DNA of 64,000 nt, taken from positions 932,408-996,407 of the forward strand of contig JAQGDQ010002368.1 in the NCBI GenBank assembly GCA_030141605.1, read 5' to 3'. Shown piece by piece: positions 13,601 through 26,930 of this stretch. The position numbers were made by a program, and so were the translations under genes. Every line of letters begins with the position of its first letter. Position 1 is the first letter of the stretch. The notes under the pieces were generated by a model, which made no database searches, was not told the origin of the DNA, and saw only the letters and a list, made by a program, of their open reading frames with translations. This stretch comes from Tubiluchus corallicola (Eukaryota > Animalia > Priapulida).

Positions 13601-16600
13601 AGTGGACTATTTGTGAAAGTCGTATAACAGCACAGGAAAGAGTGACAAAGCACTATTACTGTTAAGTAGCACTTGGGTAGTAAATAAATAGCTTTGTTTG
13701 GGTTTATATCATTTTTTAATTTAGCTATTTAAACACTACTTTTTCCAGACAGAAGCAGATGGTGCAATTGGCGTTGAGGATGTCTCCAGTTTCCCATCGT
13801 TAACTGAAATCTCTTCTGCATATTGTTCTGTTGCAGAAATATACATGACTGATTGTTGGTGAGCAAAATTTCTTTTGCCTTGGGGTCTTTACTTACAGAT
13901 CTGATGAAGGAAGTATAACTCAAAATTGGTGTGATTATAAACATTACCCTCCTGTAAAGCCTGTAATTCAATAATATAGGTTTCCTGTTTTTTTTGTAAA
14001 AAATGGCAAAAACCAAAATCCTATTCATTAGATATTGAAACATGGGATTTTTAAATACTAGTTCTAGTTGTCTGCCAAATTTTAGCTAACTACATTTTTG
14101 CAAATGGTGTTGCTGAGCTGTATGATTATAATTTGAATAGAAAGAGCATTTGCACAACTTTGGTCTTATGAGTTTATGTATGTAACTTAGGAAAGTTGAA
14201 ATTTTATGGAATACGAAATATTGTTTGTTTGCCCATTTTATCCAGTCACCTTTTGAAGTTCATATTATGTCTTATCTTATCATTCTTGAAGGCTTCAATA
14301 TCTGATTTACAGTTTTGAAGAAAATGCAGAGCATCTTTGTAAAGGTTATATAGAAAAAGCCATAGAAACTGATCCAGGCAATCCAGAAGCTCATCATTTA
14401 AAAGCAAGCTTTCTTACTACTATAGGTAACCGTGAGGTAATATTTTTTAAACTTCATTATGAGACAAAAGTATAACATTTTGCTCTATTGATTTAGTTTT
14501 CACTATACACTACCTTAGTAATGAATAATGAACTGAGTAAAAAAATGCAAAAAGTCTGAATAAGAAAATTAGTCTTACATGTCGACGACATTATCACTTT
14601 TAATAATTGTCATACTTTGCTATTTACTGTCATGTAAATATTATGTTTATTGATATTATCCTTACTTATTTATCTGCTGTTTTCCTGCTGTCAAACTGGT
14701 TAAAACACTAAAAAATGAACAAAAAGACCCAAAGACATTTTTCTTGCAATGGATTATTCGATTCCAAATAACACTAATATGTTAAAATTCAGTTTGTGCA
14801 GTTTGTTATGCTTTGAGGAATGCAGTTTTAACATCTTACTTCCATGTTAAGAAAAAACAGTGTGTTGTTTTTACGTACAAGAAGTTGATGTTTGAATACT
14901 TTTAGCAACATTTCTTTTCTAACTTCCCAGATAGAGGTTATTTTTGCTTCAGTATTTAATGGATTACACAACAATAATTACCGAATCTCACAATTTACTT
15001 TTTTGGAGATTTATTGCTTGAAGAGAAATATATGAGCTTCTAATGTGTGTTTTTTACAGGAAGCCAAAGAATCTGCCGAGAAGGGTTTATCTCTCTGGCT
15101 TCCAAACCTCCAAGCTGTTCAGCAAGGGCATCTTGAAAGTGACTCCAAAGTCGACCTTGTTGAGGTATCAACTTTTGTTGACATTATTGGTCGTATTGTG
15201 GTATACACATTGACACCAGTGATGTAGTCAAGTCTTTCGGTACCAGTCCAAGTTGAGTTTCAAGTCCTTGGGGCTCAAGTCCAAGTCAAGTCTCAAATCA
15301 CTGTGACCAGCATTCAACTCAAGTCTTGAGTCTTATTGCCCAAGTTATTGTGTCTGTGTCTGAGCTGGGTCCTAGGTTATGTTCATGTTGTCATGTACAT
15401 CTTTAAATAGAGTTTCAAGATAAAATATTCTAAGGTTTAATCAATTTTCAAACTCCTGATTAATAATAATAAATTGTTATTTTTGGTGTTATTTTGCTTA
15501 TTACTGCACTAAATTTATTGAGTAATATTGATTATTGAATTTTGCTTACAAATGGTTTTACATTTTAATAGCAATTTTGCAGTGGTGTTATAGTGAGTAT
15601 TTATAACATAAAAATTATATTATAATCAGTAGTACTAATTACAATGTACAGGCAGTTAGTCAAGTTTCTTATTACATTTAAGAAACACTATGTCAATTAG
15701 GTTCTTATCTGACAAGCTTAGCTCTGTGGTCTTACTAACAAGCCACTCTGACTGAAGACTCGCACATGTAACAGATATCCTAGTAGCTGGGTATCTATAC
15801 ACTGATTAGCCAGTTTAAAAAGCCTGGCACTAAAAAAACTGACGTAATGTTTCTGATGTTGTGTCAAGTGTACATTTAATGTTGTAATAACAGGAAAGTT
15901 TTTAACTGAGCGTAGATGTGACCACAACGGTGACCCTAGAGAGTTCAAGAACTCCACTTAGGTATAAAATATAAACATGACAATAGGCAACAAACACTGT
16001 TCGAGTGCCAGAATTGAAATGCTTTGTTAAAGGAAGACAGGATGATTTTTCATATACTACCACATTTTCAAGTCCGATAAAAAATATACATTTTAACACA
16101 ATTAGTGCTGCAAAAGCATTTCTGTTAATTAAATAATAGATTAAAAACTTAGTTAATGGCGTGCGAGCACAACTATTGATGACATCACAAACTAACATCA
16201 TTTTCAACAGCAAAAAATATTCCACGAGCACGTTGCACGTGTTTGCAAAAGCGAAAACTGAGGCACAGTACTCCACTCAGTTAAAATCTCTTCGAACAAT
16301 GTAACTACAAGTAAAGGCTTTGTACCTTGTCCTATTTGAGGCTCCCTAGACTACCAATTTGTTAACCTCGGTGATTTAACACTTTTTCAGCAAAAAATTT
16401 GGCCCTTTAATAAAAAAGTAACTCGTTATCCTAATAAAAAACAATTTGTTAAAACTAAATAGGTTTAAAAATGTTTGATTACTTAAAAATTATAAATTTT
16501 TATTGTTTGATGTATAATTTTTAGCAGCTGCAGCATGATCTTTGCTGGAAATTTTATGAAAATTATGAAGTGTTAAAGCATTTGGTAAACAGTAGGCCGG

Positions 16601-17758
16601 GGCTAAGAAGTGCAGGGCCAAATTAGAAAATTATTAGTGGAGCTGTTTGCCCCACTAATGATGCAGAACAATATAAACAGTTTGGACATATTTAACAAAA
16701 CAAACTATATTCCAAGCGTTATGTTATATAACCTCATTAACAGCACTGTTTATGTTTTGAGTGTTTGAATATCATCATCAAATTAGCAAAATTAAAATCC
16801 AATGACAATCTAACTAATGCATATAGGGTTTTTACCATTTACTTTTTTAAAAGGTAAATTGCAAGAATAAACTGAAATTATAAAACAAATGAACAAACAA
16901 TCAGCAAAAAACATTGTAATATAGGTGATATGTGAGGAAAGACTGAATAGTTTCACTCCTTCACAGTATCAAGAAACTTCATGCACATTGGACACTCATT
17001 AATTCATCATAGCATCCTCCACTCGGGCGTGTGCACAGGGCCCCCTTTTGGCGCAGAGCCCATTTTGAACAAATGTGTCTATTTGACTTAAAACCAGTCT
17101 TGATAAACAGTTATTCAAAGTGGTTACTTCTAATAAAAAAGATTATTGCTAACGTGAATGGATCTAACAAATGCATTTTAGTTTTACACAACCTTGTTTA
17201 GTGACTGCAGAACTTCAATGAATCTGAAAGTTTTAATCACATGTTATGTTATTGCCATCTCTTATAGAAAACTATTGCTTTAATGCCATTTTGATAAAAC
17301 TACTGTAATAAAATTTGTTAATATTTAGGTTTGTTCACTCAGCATTCAGAGCAGGATAGCAATATCTCAGCTACTCATTGAACTAGAAGAATATGATGTA
17401 AGTTTTTTCTGAAATGCTTTTATCTACATGCCTAATTATGATATAAGTAAAACAAAGTTTTCTTTATTGTAAATAAAAACAATGTAATTAACTAAGCTTT
17501 TTAATTTCAGAAAGCAAATGAAGTCTTAGATCTTCTTGTTGATGAAGATGATGAAATTGCAATCGTAAGTTTTGATTTTAATTTTCTTGTTCGTAGATTG
17601 GACCAGTTACTTTTGTTTGTCATTTAGATTATCACAACTTTTTAAAAGAAATATGCATTTTTTCTGTGCAGGTTTGGTATTTACTGGGTTGGCTGAATTA
17701 CTTGAAAGGTTCTGACTATTATGGAAATGCAAAATTTTATTTAAATAAGGCAAAAAAG
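10602..17758 (+). CDS. ACL4-like TPR protein (probable assembly chaperone of RPL4); 10 coding exons, 335 codons, no stop or terminal exon found
   Basis: Exons 10602-10659, 11371-11468, 12182-12328, 12923-13075, 13749-13858, 14313-14436, 15060-15164, 17329-17397, 17511-17564 and 17672-17758 splice in frame (GT-AG). Family motifs: AQKFCHRALEIEPDN, RAVSLSPDEGHTKFLCLGQ, SAYCSVAEIYMTDCCFEENAE, SLWLP, LLIELEEYD, LVDEDDE..VWYLLGWLNYL..ARFYL-like AKFYLNKAKK. Confidence 0.88.
10990..11105 (+). repeat. Degenerate (CACTA)n pentamer microsatellite
   Basis: cactacactactctacag...cactacactacactacactaca in the ACL4-like intron 1. Confidence 0.6.
16593..17102. mobile_element. hAT-like MITE (old copy)
   Basis: Ends taggccggggctaag and cttaaaaccagtcttg are degenerate inverted repeats. 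Flanks gtaaacag and ataaacag form an 8-bp TSD with 1 mismatch. Subterminal GGGCCC motifs. Confidence 0.55.
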
Positions 17759-19458
17759 GTAAGTAACACATTGTTAATGTTATGCTGGCACATTACATAG
17801 TGTAGCATGTAAATTTTATGCTGGCAGATTACATAGTGTAGCAATCATAGCAGTTATATAAGAGCATGCAATGTTATATAACTGCATAAACTAGTGATCT
17901 TGAAACTTTGAAACTGGTCCAAATGTCAGTGGAAATGTCAGCAAAATATTGTAAAAATTTTTTAACAACTTTATCATTTGCCTCCACCTTTTACTGGTAT
18001 ACCTATGTGTGTCATGTAATTTGTTGGAAATATGAAAAGCCATGGTTTTACTTTTTTGGTTTATTCCCTAATGTATGGAAAAATTGAGTAGTCTGCCAGC
18101 AAAAATGGGATGATAATAACAATTTTTGCTGGACAGTAAAGGTTGTAAAACAGTTGGTTTGGTGTCAGCATACTTACCAGTCACTCTTCATGATCAGATT
18201 TTTAATATCAGTATATCATTTTCCTAAAATTAATGTGCACAGCTAGGAGTCACTCAACATTGGAAACAGTTTGAGAAACTTACAGCATGTTTTATCTTTT
18301 CTTTGTACATTATTGTGGGCATTTTCTTTGAAATTTGTGTGATTTCATTATCAAAACTATGATTTTAACTGTCAAATTTTTCTTAAACTGTTGTTGACCT
18401 TTGGCACAAGGTGATTTGCAGGCAAAACTACAGACAAATGTGTTACAAAGAAACATCTCCTCATTTTTTCAACTTCATTTATGTACAAGATAACAGTCAG
18501 AAATAAAAGGATCATTCAAAATAGGTGACATGTGAAAAGCTGTTTACAAACATTTTTAACAGACAATTTGTAACAGATGCATTATGGGATTCCCCACTAT
18601 TCAGTTAGCTCATGTCGAGTAAAAATAAATAACTACATGCATGCAATACTTTGCATGTCCTGACTTTCTAGCTTATTCATATATATTTTAGTAAAGTTAA
18701 AGGAAGTTACTTGAAAATGATACATTGTGAAGCGTCACAGCCTGCTAATGCCCTATATGAGTGGCTCATTTAGAATAAGTAAGGTGCCATTTCTGTAGAA
18801 AAATGGAAACATAGTCCCACAAATGGGAAAAATTGAGCAGTATAATAATGCAAGGCAGTTATCATTATGCAAGACAACTGTCATATTCATATGACTATAT
18901 GCTTTGCTGAAACAAACATTGTAAAATAGACAATTAAATAATTTTAGCTTGTGAAGATCATCAACTGCCTTAACATTGTTTGACCAATGTTAGCAAAAAT
19001 GGTAGTATTAAAAACTCATATACAGCAACAAGTAAAAGCATTGCCATATTGGCTACATACCTCGTTAGGATCATGCTTGTTTTATTAGGCCACAAGTCGA
19101 TAAACATTTATATGTTCATTTACAAGTACATTAAATGCACTTGAGTGGTTCACTTTAAACCTCAAATGTAACACCAGTTCATGTTCTTGTCTACTGTGTT
19201 ACCTGTCAATTATTTTGCCCATTATGGTATCTGTTATGGAAGTTTTAAAAGACTCCACATCTTATCTATTATTATAAGAAATTTTTGAACATTCATTGCT
19301 TCATAAGCGTGATAACACTTTCTGCACCACATTACCTGTCTATAAAATAACAGAACACTACTCACAATACAACAGTATTATTTACAAACAAATTTACACT
19401 TTGTCTTTTATAAAAAGACACTAACTTCACAATAATACCAAACAGTCTAAATGCAGCA

Positions 19459-22053
19459 TTATACCGAGGTGACAATTGCTGTTGTTTCCGAGTTATCTAA
19501 GTGCTTCTTTGTTTCACTAGAGTGGATGGGTGGTGGTGGTGGGGGAGGAACAACAGACATAAAATCTCTTTCTTTTTTACTAACTGTCCTGCTTTTTAGC
19601 ACGCACACATAAGCACACAGAATGATTACTAAAACGGCACACATTCCCAATGAACTTGCTAGTATTATGATGATTAAGAAATGCTCATTTTCTATTCCTG
19701 TGCACACAGAAGCACTGTGATCACTGTTCTTTTTATCACTATTGGGAGTGTCTGTTTCAAAATGCTTGTTGTCATAGAAACCATTGTTCATTGAACTAGT
19801 GCACACAAATGACGACGGCTGTAAGCACATAATACACTTATTCATTAAATATGGCGGTCCATAACACGTGATACTGTTTAGTTCATCTATATCAGCAAGG
19901 CTGCTGCGCGATTTATTTTTCCACAACTCTAACCATTCACGCAACCATTTTATTTGACAGTCACAAATCCAAGGGTTCTTATTTATCCTTAAAGTCTTGA
20001 TGCCAAGTGCATGTGTTTTTGTCAGCACATCTGTGTCCATGCGCATAATCCGATTATGGCTGAGATCTAACCAGCTCAACATCTGCAGTTTTTTAAACAG
20101 CTGACCTTTAATAGTAGAAATATTGTTATAGCCAAGATCGAGCTGTTGTAATGTTGGAATGTCATTAAATGCACTGTCTGCTATATCTGTTATTGTGTTA
20201 TTTGCTAGCGATAAATGTCTGAAAGACTTCATGATCTGAAAACTACCATTTTCAATAACTTTTATCTGGTTGTGACTGATATTTATCACAATAACTTCGC
20301 TCAAGTTATAAAAACTATTCACTTGTATGTCGCTAATGTTGTTGTGAGATAAATCAAGGCTCTGTAAACTAGATAAATTCGAAAAAGTCCATGCTTGAAT
20401 CTTTTCTATGCGGTTGAAAGATAAATTAATAGCTGTTATAGAACTAGTAAATGGTCCACCTTGAAATGCCATTGGGTCAACAGTGCTGATATTGTTTCCT
20501 TCGAGGTGAATGTTCAGCAAACTCTTCATATTACAGAAAGAGTTATCTGGCAATCGGTATACGTTGTTGTTTTCCATCTGAAGGCTTTGCAAAGCGGTCA
20601 TATTTATAAAAGCTTCTTTTGGGAAAATACTAATGTGATTATTTCTAAGTACAAGGTGCTGAAGACTCTTTTCAACCCCAAGGAAGGCTTTTGAGCTGAT
20701 GTGATCGATTTTATTATTGCCTAAAGTGAGTATCCTTAGTGAACGGAGAGTAAAAAATGATTCGTCTGGTATCCATCGTATCTGATTATCTTGTAGAGAT
20801 AAGCTCCATAAATTAGTAAATCCATAGAGTGCTGATACTGGAATTTCTGTCAGCAAGTTTCCTTCCAAGTTAAGCGTTCCTGGGTTTTCTTTAAATTCCT
20901 CTAAGCTATTGGGTGGAATGTTGATATTTTGTATTTCATTGTTACCTAAATTAAGCACATGCAGTGATCTTAAGTTAGCTATTACTGTATACGGAAATTG
21001 ACTAATACGGTTACGTGAGAGATGTAGATAGACGAGGCTGTCTTCCAGCCCATTTAGTGCCCCATCAGATATGTTACTGATTTCATTAGCATCCAAGTTT
21101 AGGTTCATTAGATTGGGAAGATTGCGAAAACTGTCATTAGGTATGGATGTTATTTCGTTCGCCCCCAGTACTAAATACTGCAGTTGGTACATATTGAGTG
21201 CTTCTTTTGGTATCTCTTTTAACTTGTTACTGTGCAGATATAGCAATGTAACATTATCTAGACCGGAAAAGCCATGCTCTTCTATTGTGGTTACCTGATT
21301 ATAAGCAATGTTGAGATGCTCTAATTCAATGAGGCTGCTAAATGCTTGGTTTTGGATGGTTGTAATGTAATTATGAGATAACTTGAGTATAGCAAGTCTG
21401 TCTAAATGGCAAAATGCATTCGAAGTGATGTTCATTAGGTTATTGTTCCGTAAATCTAACTCTTGCAGTGCATCTAACCCTTTAAAGGCATTGTGAGCTA
21501 TGCTGTTTATGGAATTTGAATTTAATTTGAGCTGTGTCATTGACGGCAAAGAACTAAATGCATAATTGTGGAGCTTCGTGATCATGTTGTAACCAAGGTC
21601 TAGTTTTTTCAGATTGTGCAAACCTTCGAATACTGCAGATGGAACTTGCGCCATGTTGTTTTCTTTCAGTATCAGCTCTAATAAATAGTCTCTAGATTCT
21701 AAAAATGCTTCTGCTGCAATCGTTTCCAAGTTGTTATTTACAATGTGAAGCTCCTTTATTTTGAGGTGGGAAAGTGTTGGCTGAGGAATAGTGCTGATTT
21801 GATTGTACTCTATCACTAGTTTGGTGATGAAATTATCTTTGTTTACACTTTGCAGTGCTTCGTCGATGCTTTCCAAATTGCTGTTTTCACAGTGGATGTT
21901 AAGTGGATTGGTGCTGGTGCACCAACAAACACTCGTCTTCCTTGTCTCCAGAGGACACAGTTGTGTAGATACCTGGTTTATTAAAGAACAACCAACGTAT
22001 GCATGAAGAAGTTGATAAAACAGCCATAGCAATTTTTCCTGCTTCCCAGCCAT
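19459..22053 (-). CDS. Single-coding-exon leucine-rich-repeat type I transmembrane protein (chaoptin/slit/LRRC15-like ectodomain, no TIR domain)
   Basis: Within the 878-aa ORF 19459-22095. A strong acceptor (TTTTTTGTTGGTTTTTGCAG|ACA) directly precedes Met15 at 22053, the likely true start. Signal-like hydrophobic stretch, LRRNT (CP..C.C..IHC), more than 20 LxxLxLxxN repeats, LRRCT (NPWICDC..WL..CYGP..C), TM helix IIIILASSLGMCAVLVIILCAYVCVL, poly-Pro tail and C-terminal -TSV. Confidence 0.93.
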   Translation of the reverse strand: MAGKQEKLLWLFYQLLHAYVGCSLINQVSTQLCPLETRKTSVCWCTSTNPLNIHCENSNLESIDEALQSVNKDNFITKLVIEYNQISTIPQPTLSHLKIKELHIVNNNLETIAAEAFLESRDYLLELILKENNMAQVPSAVFEGLHNLKKLDLGYNMITKLHNYAFSSLPSMTQLKLNSNSINSIAHNAFKGLDALQELDLRNNNLMNITSNAFCHLDRLAILKLSHNYITTIQNQAFSSLIELEHLNIAYNQVTTIEEHGFSGLDNVTLLYLHSNKLKEIPKEALNMYQLQYLVLGANEITSIPNDSFRNLPNLMNLNLDANEISNISDGALNGLEDSLVYLHLSRNRISQFPYTVIANLRSLHVLNLGNNEIQNINIPPNSLEEFKENPGTLNLEGNLLTEIPVSALYGFTNLWSLSLQDNQIRWIPDESFFTLRSLRILTLGNNKIDHISSKAFLGVEKSLQHLVLRNNHISIFPKEAFINMTALQSLQMENNNVYRLPDNSFCNMKSLLNIHLEGNNISTVDPMAFQGGPFTSSITAINLSFNRIEKIQAWTFSNLSSLQSLDLSHNNISDIQVNSFYNLSEVIVINISHNQIKVIENGSFQIMKSFRHLSLANNTITDIADSAFNDIPTLQQLDLGYNNISTIKGQLFKKLQMLSWLDLSHNRIMRMDTDVLTKTHALGIKTLRINKNPWICDCQIKWLREWLELWKNKSRSSLADIDELNSITCYGPPYLMNKCIMCLQPSSFVCTSSMNNGFYDNKHFETDTPNSDKKNSDHSASVCTGIENEHFLIIIILASSLGMCAVLVIILCAYVCVLKSRTVSKKERDFMSVVPPPPPPPIHSSETKKHLDNSETTAIVTSV

Positions 22054-25000
22054 TGTCTGCAAAAACCAACAAAAAACATTTACTGATTTAGCCATTATTT
22101 TTGATCAATAGATGCTTTTGCCAATACAATTCTCAAATTGACATTTTCAAAATCGTATCATCTTCAGTGAACAAATTACATTCTTTTAGTTGGCAGTAAT
22201 GCCGTCACAAGAATTGATCAGAAGCTAATTAATGTTGTCGCTGGACTGAAAATTATATTTGAGCACCAATGCATCAAAAACTGTGCTTTTCACAACACCT
22301 TTCTGATAACTCCTTGTGTGTGAATTCAGTAATGAAGGCAATTTGCATATTGAAAGCATAATAATAATGTGAATAATCACGTTCCTCCACTCTACAACGA
22401 ATTTGTGAGGCTCGTTATAGTAAAATCACGCGGCTGCGAACATAAAGCTTCTTATGAACACACAAACTGCAAGCAGTATATATTCTTCTATACAAAGATA
22501 CTACCTGTTTAAAATGTATAAGTGACAGAAAGCTGATTATCCAGTGCATTACAGTAGAAATTAGCTGACAAAACAACAAACATTTTTTTTATTTTCAGTC
22601 AGTACTTAAACTGTTCAGCTCATTGCACAACTGTTGACTGCCTTACAAAATTACTAAATTTTATGTATAATTTTGCACAGTGACAATGCATAATAGATAG
22701 GCAGCTGGTTATTTTAAATAAGCCATGTTAGGTCAAAGCTACAGTGTTTCATTTCATTCTAGGAGTTTTAGAAGTCCATACACATATTTTACCCAGATCT
22801 CATGGGTGACTGACGCAGATCAATATGAAATTTTCTGAACAGCAAAACATCTGCGTAACCCTTTATGTGTCACTGCTTATTACAACTCTTCTTCTTTGGC
22901 CATGTTTACCTTCTTGGGCTTTGTAAATCAGGACTCTTGAAAAGCAGTCCCATCTATACAGCAGTTGAAAGTGTAACGTCTCTGAAAGCGTAAATCCAGA
23001 TAAATTTGTATAATGGTTTTGGCCTTTTATTATTTTTAAATTAAGAACGTAGGTTGACGGTAATAGACGTTCCTATAGTTTGACTTTTGTGATATCGTAG
23101 TTTTATTTTCAGTGATATCTGTTTTTGAGATAGCTGCAGTATCGATAAAGAAACCTCAATTAGACAGATATTTAAAAGCAGAGAAATTCAGGCACGTTTG
23201 TTTTTACCAAGCTTTCATCCAACTATATACGAACGCAATATTTCTAAATTACTTCTCAAACTTTGATGTTATTCTCGTACGCATCTATTTACTGACTTGA
23301 TTAAGACAGCAAAAGTTCTCCGAAATTCTGAGTGGCTTTTGTTATTGCAGGCTTAGTTTGCATTGTTTCTGAAATAGCTTTTAAAAGTCTGTGAATTGTG
23401 CCCTTTTAGTATCAAAGTATGTTGTATTAGGACCTATAAATACGTGGTAGATTCTGAGCCAAATTGAGGAATATCTGTGACATCTTACACTCACAAAATC
23501 TTGCTTTAAAAATAATATTTTGTAGACAATCAATAATTTTCCTCATGATCTGGACGTTCTTCTTAGTTACATATACCAAGTACTTTTATTCTGATATAAT
23601 GATATTTTATGTGGTTAATTAGTGATTGTTATGAGTCATTTATCATTAATTACTTGATCAAAAAATCACATCTAAGATTCATTGAAGTGGCAAACTTTAT
23701 TTTAATTTATTTAATATGGTGTTTACGTTCAAATAACTGGGAATTTAAGTGTGAGTCTGTGCCGTGTGAAACTCTCGGTAGTCTGACTTGCGTTGATAAA
23801 ACCATTTGAAAATCTGTCATGCCTAATATGATATCATTATGTTAGTGAAGTTACTGACCATTTTGCTCACAACTTCCTTAAACTGAAAAATACTGTAGCA
23901 CCATCGTTATTAAGGACTGAACTTTTTATCACACTGCTATTGGCTTATTGGCAAAACCGATATCAATCAAAATTATGCTGCTTTAAATGGCTCAATATCC
24001 TTGTATTTCTCATTGCTATTTTTTCTTCTGTCTTGCTAAAAGCTTCAGTTGCATTCTTCTTTCACTCTGATTCTGATGCGACACCCGCCGTTAAATTATA
24101 TTGTCTCGGCTGGCGAACTATCGTTATGAATTTCATAAAGGCACCGGCGAAATTTCGCTCTACAGTCGCTAGCTTGATTTGCAGCTGACACACGAAAATG
24201 AAATCTCCTTTGCTGACAAATTAAAACGCGTTTCTATTATGCCGTAGGTAACTGACACTGCGCATCTCAGTAGCTTCAGCTGCATTGTGAAACTAGGCTC
24301 AATTTATGTGGCAGTTAATTAGCTTTCACGAATTTTTCCCAATAGAAAACGCATAGGAAACACAAAGCCCGATATTCTGGCTTCTAATTAGAAATTGTTT
24401 ATTGCTCACTTTAATAGGAATGAGAGTCTGTAAATTACTCACTGGTGAGCTCTACTGCTAACTGTTATTAAAGCTGGTTGTAATACAAATAAGCTCAGTT
24501 CAATCTGTGTCGCGGTAATTACCCTTGGATGACCATTGGCTTGTCCTTGTTAGGTCGACTAAATTGTCTGCACAAGGTGGATCAATATAGTAAATTCACA
24601 TTGACCCCAATTTATCGTCTGTTGTACAGGAAGCCAGCCTGCTAGTACTTTGACTGGTTTCAGTTTAATGTCAATACTGTTTTGAAATGGCTTCACTTCC
24701 TTCTTTCTATTTGTCCTCCGAACTGGCATGCGCCTGAAAATTCTCTCTGATCTCAAAAACGTTGCGGATTGGCAGAATGAATTGTTTAGATTATACATAT
24801 GATATACTCTGCAGAGCATGGAGCTCAACTGAACAGACGACATTGCTGAAATTGTCTTTCTTTTCAGTCCATTAAACCGTTCGATAACCAATTGTTTTCA
24901 ATACGTAAACGATTCAATTTAATACCCATTTTTCTGCGAATTTTAGTACTTACAAAACGAATTTTTAGTAGCTTCGCTATGCTTGAAAGCAGGGCCAGCT

Positions 25001-25924
25001 ATACCACTAGGGAAATTAGGCACTTGCCCAGGATGCCAAATTTTTTGGGGCGCCAAATTCTGGAAGTAATTCTTAAATTTTTTAGATTAGTTTTAGCATA
25101 AGTAATTGTATATATTATACTAATGTACTATACTATACTAATATTATACTAATATAACATAGTGTGTGTATAACATAAATGCACAACGTTTTAACTTGCT
25201 GAAACAAACTGCTTGTGTTATACTCCTGTCGAAATATATAGACGCCAATATGAACTTGTCTTCTTGCAGCAAAATACTTTCCATTTTTGCTTTACCTGCC
25301 TTCTTAAGATTACATTATTCAACGTTTTATTGTAGACACCATTAGCATGTTAACCCGCTTTTGCGTACAGTGTACATTGTACGCATACTGTGTGGCAGCA
25401 GAGAAAGTAACGACTCTTCATTTTATAAAAAAATTTCTTGCAAAAGCGCATCTAATTATGACAAATAAATCTATAAAAATAGAAGCTTTCAGGGCCATAA
25501 TACGGGAAAAACAAGGTAAAAAAGCTGGTGAACATTGAACGGCAAAAGATTCGTCAAAGAACTATTTGCAATCAGACAGAGTTATGGCTGTGAAGATGAT
25601 GAAACTAGTAATTTGGTGTATGAAAAAGAAGTTATTGTTTCAAAAATTTTCTGGTGAAAAGATCGAGCGCATAGTCAAGAGTATGTACACGAACAATATG
25701 CAGCAGAAATTGCAATGGACTCATAAATTCAACTTGAAATGAAATCGACACAAGCTGTAGATAGATAATTGACTACAGTTAATTAGTACACTTAGTAAAC
25801 TAGCTATTGGACAAAAAGCTGCGCATTCAATTTCTCGTTTTGTTATCGTCATTTGATGTATTTTAAGATTATTAATGGTTATCTGTAAATTAATTTCTCG
25901 GGTAAAGCAGCCATGATGTTCGGG

Positions 25925-26930
25925 ACAGGGTGCTTAGTCCCGTATCTTCGTTGATGGGACACACACTCAGACTGAATGTAACTTACCTAATATAGATAAT
26001 TAACACACTTTGCATGAATGTAAATGACATATATTACGAAAAAATAAGATGATCTGAATTTGGTCCATGGTACAAGGGTGCCGATGACGTCGTCACTGCC
26101 CCTGGCGTACAACTTAGACACAAAATTCTTGTAGCAAATGGCCGATTTCTTATTGGTCCATAATACATTTCGTAACATTTTGTGGCTTCGCTTGCAAGTT
26201 AGGTACAAATAATTTATTTTGCGAACTGGCTAAAGGGTACTGATGACGTAATTTGGTCACTTCGTGTGTTCCTAGATCATATCATTAATCATTTTACCAA
26301 ATGAAAGCGCACATAACACTTCCTGTTCGTCCCTGCTAATAGTAGCGAAGAGTCTATCTGTGATCATTTTTAAGTTATAAGCCTCCAAAGTGCATGTTCC
26401 TAAGCACAATTTCGTGACCTTTTAGTGTCCTGGGACAGTAAGCCAAAATGCAAAATTTTATAAAAATGCCCAAAAACGCTATTAAAATGGTTCAAAGAAA
26501 CTTTCCTAAACGTTTGGCAGCTGTATCCAGTCAGTTCTCTTTTTTCAGCTAATAGACCAGACTATTGATTTTGTGAAATGGATAGAGGGGTACCAATGAT
26601 GTAATTTGGCCATTTCGAGTGTTCCAATGTCACTAATCGTACTACCAAAAGAAAGCCCACATTTAAGTTCCTATTCGCCCCTAATAGTACATAAGTGTCT
26701 ATCTGTAAACGTTTTGGAATTATAAGCCTCCAAAGTGGACTATTTCGTGACCTTTTAGTATCACGGGACAGCGGGCCGAAGTGCAAAATTTTATTAAGAT
26801 CGCCAAAACGCCGTTAGAATGACCTAAAGAATCATTCCTGAAAGTTTGGTAGCTGTGTCTGGTCAGTCTCCATTTCGTTAAAATTTGGCCTTAACAGATC
26901 AGACTAAAAGTTGTTTTAGTAAGTTAGAAC
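25925..26930. mobile_element. Non-autonomous element with an internal ~220-bp diverged duplication (possibly Helentron/HINE-like)
   Basis: 26340-26560 and 26680-26905 share gtctatctgt..ttataagcctccaaagtg..ttcgtgaccttttagt..gggacag..tgcaaaattttat..cagctgt.tc..gtcagt..cagacta. Small GTCCC...GGGAC hairpin near 25938-25960. The class is an inference. Confidence 0.4.

Noticed and set aside
22054-22095. First Met of the 878-aa ORF as the LRR start
   Set aside because: These codons overlap a polypyrimidine tract and 3' splice site; Met at 22053 fits better.
25575-25660. SYGCEDDE... segment as the ACL4-like terminal exon
   Set aside because: Weak acceptor, and the downstream residues do not resemble the family C-terminus.
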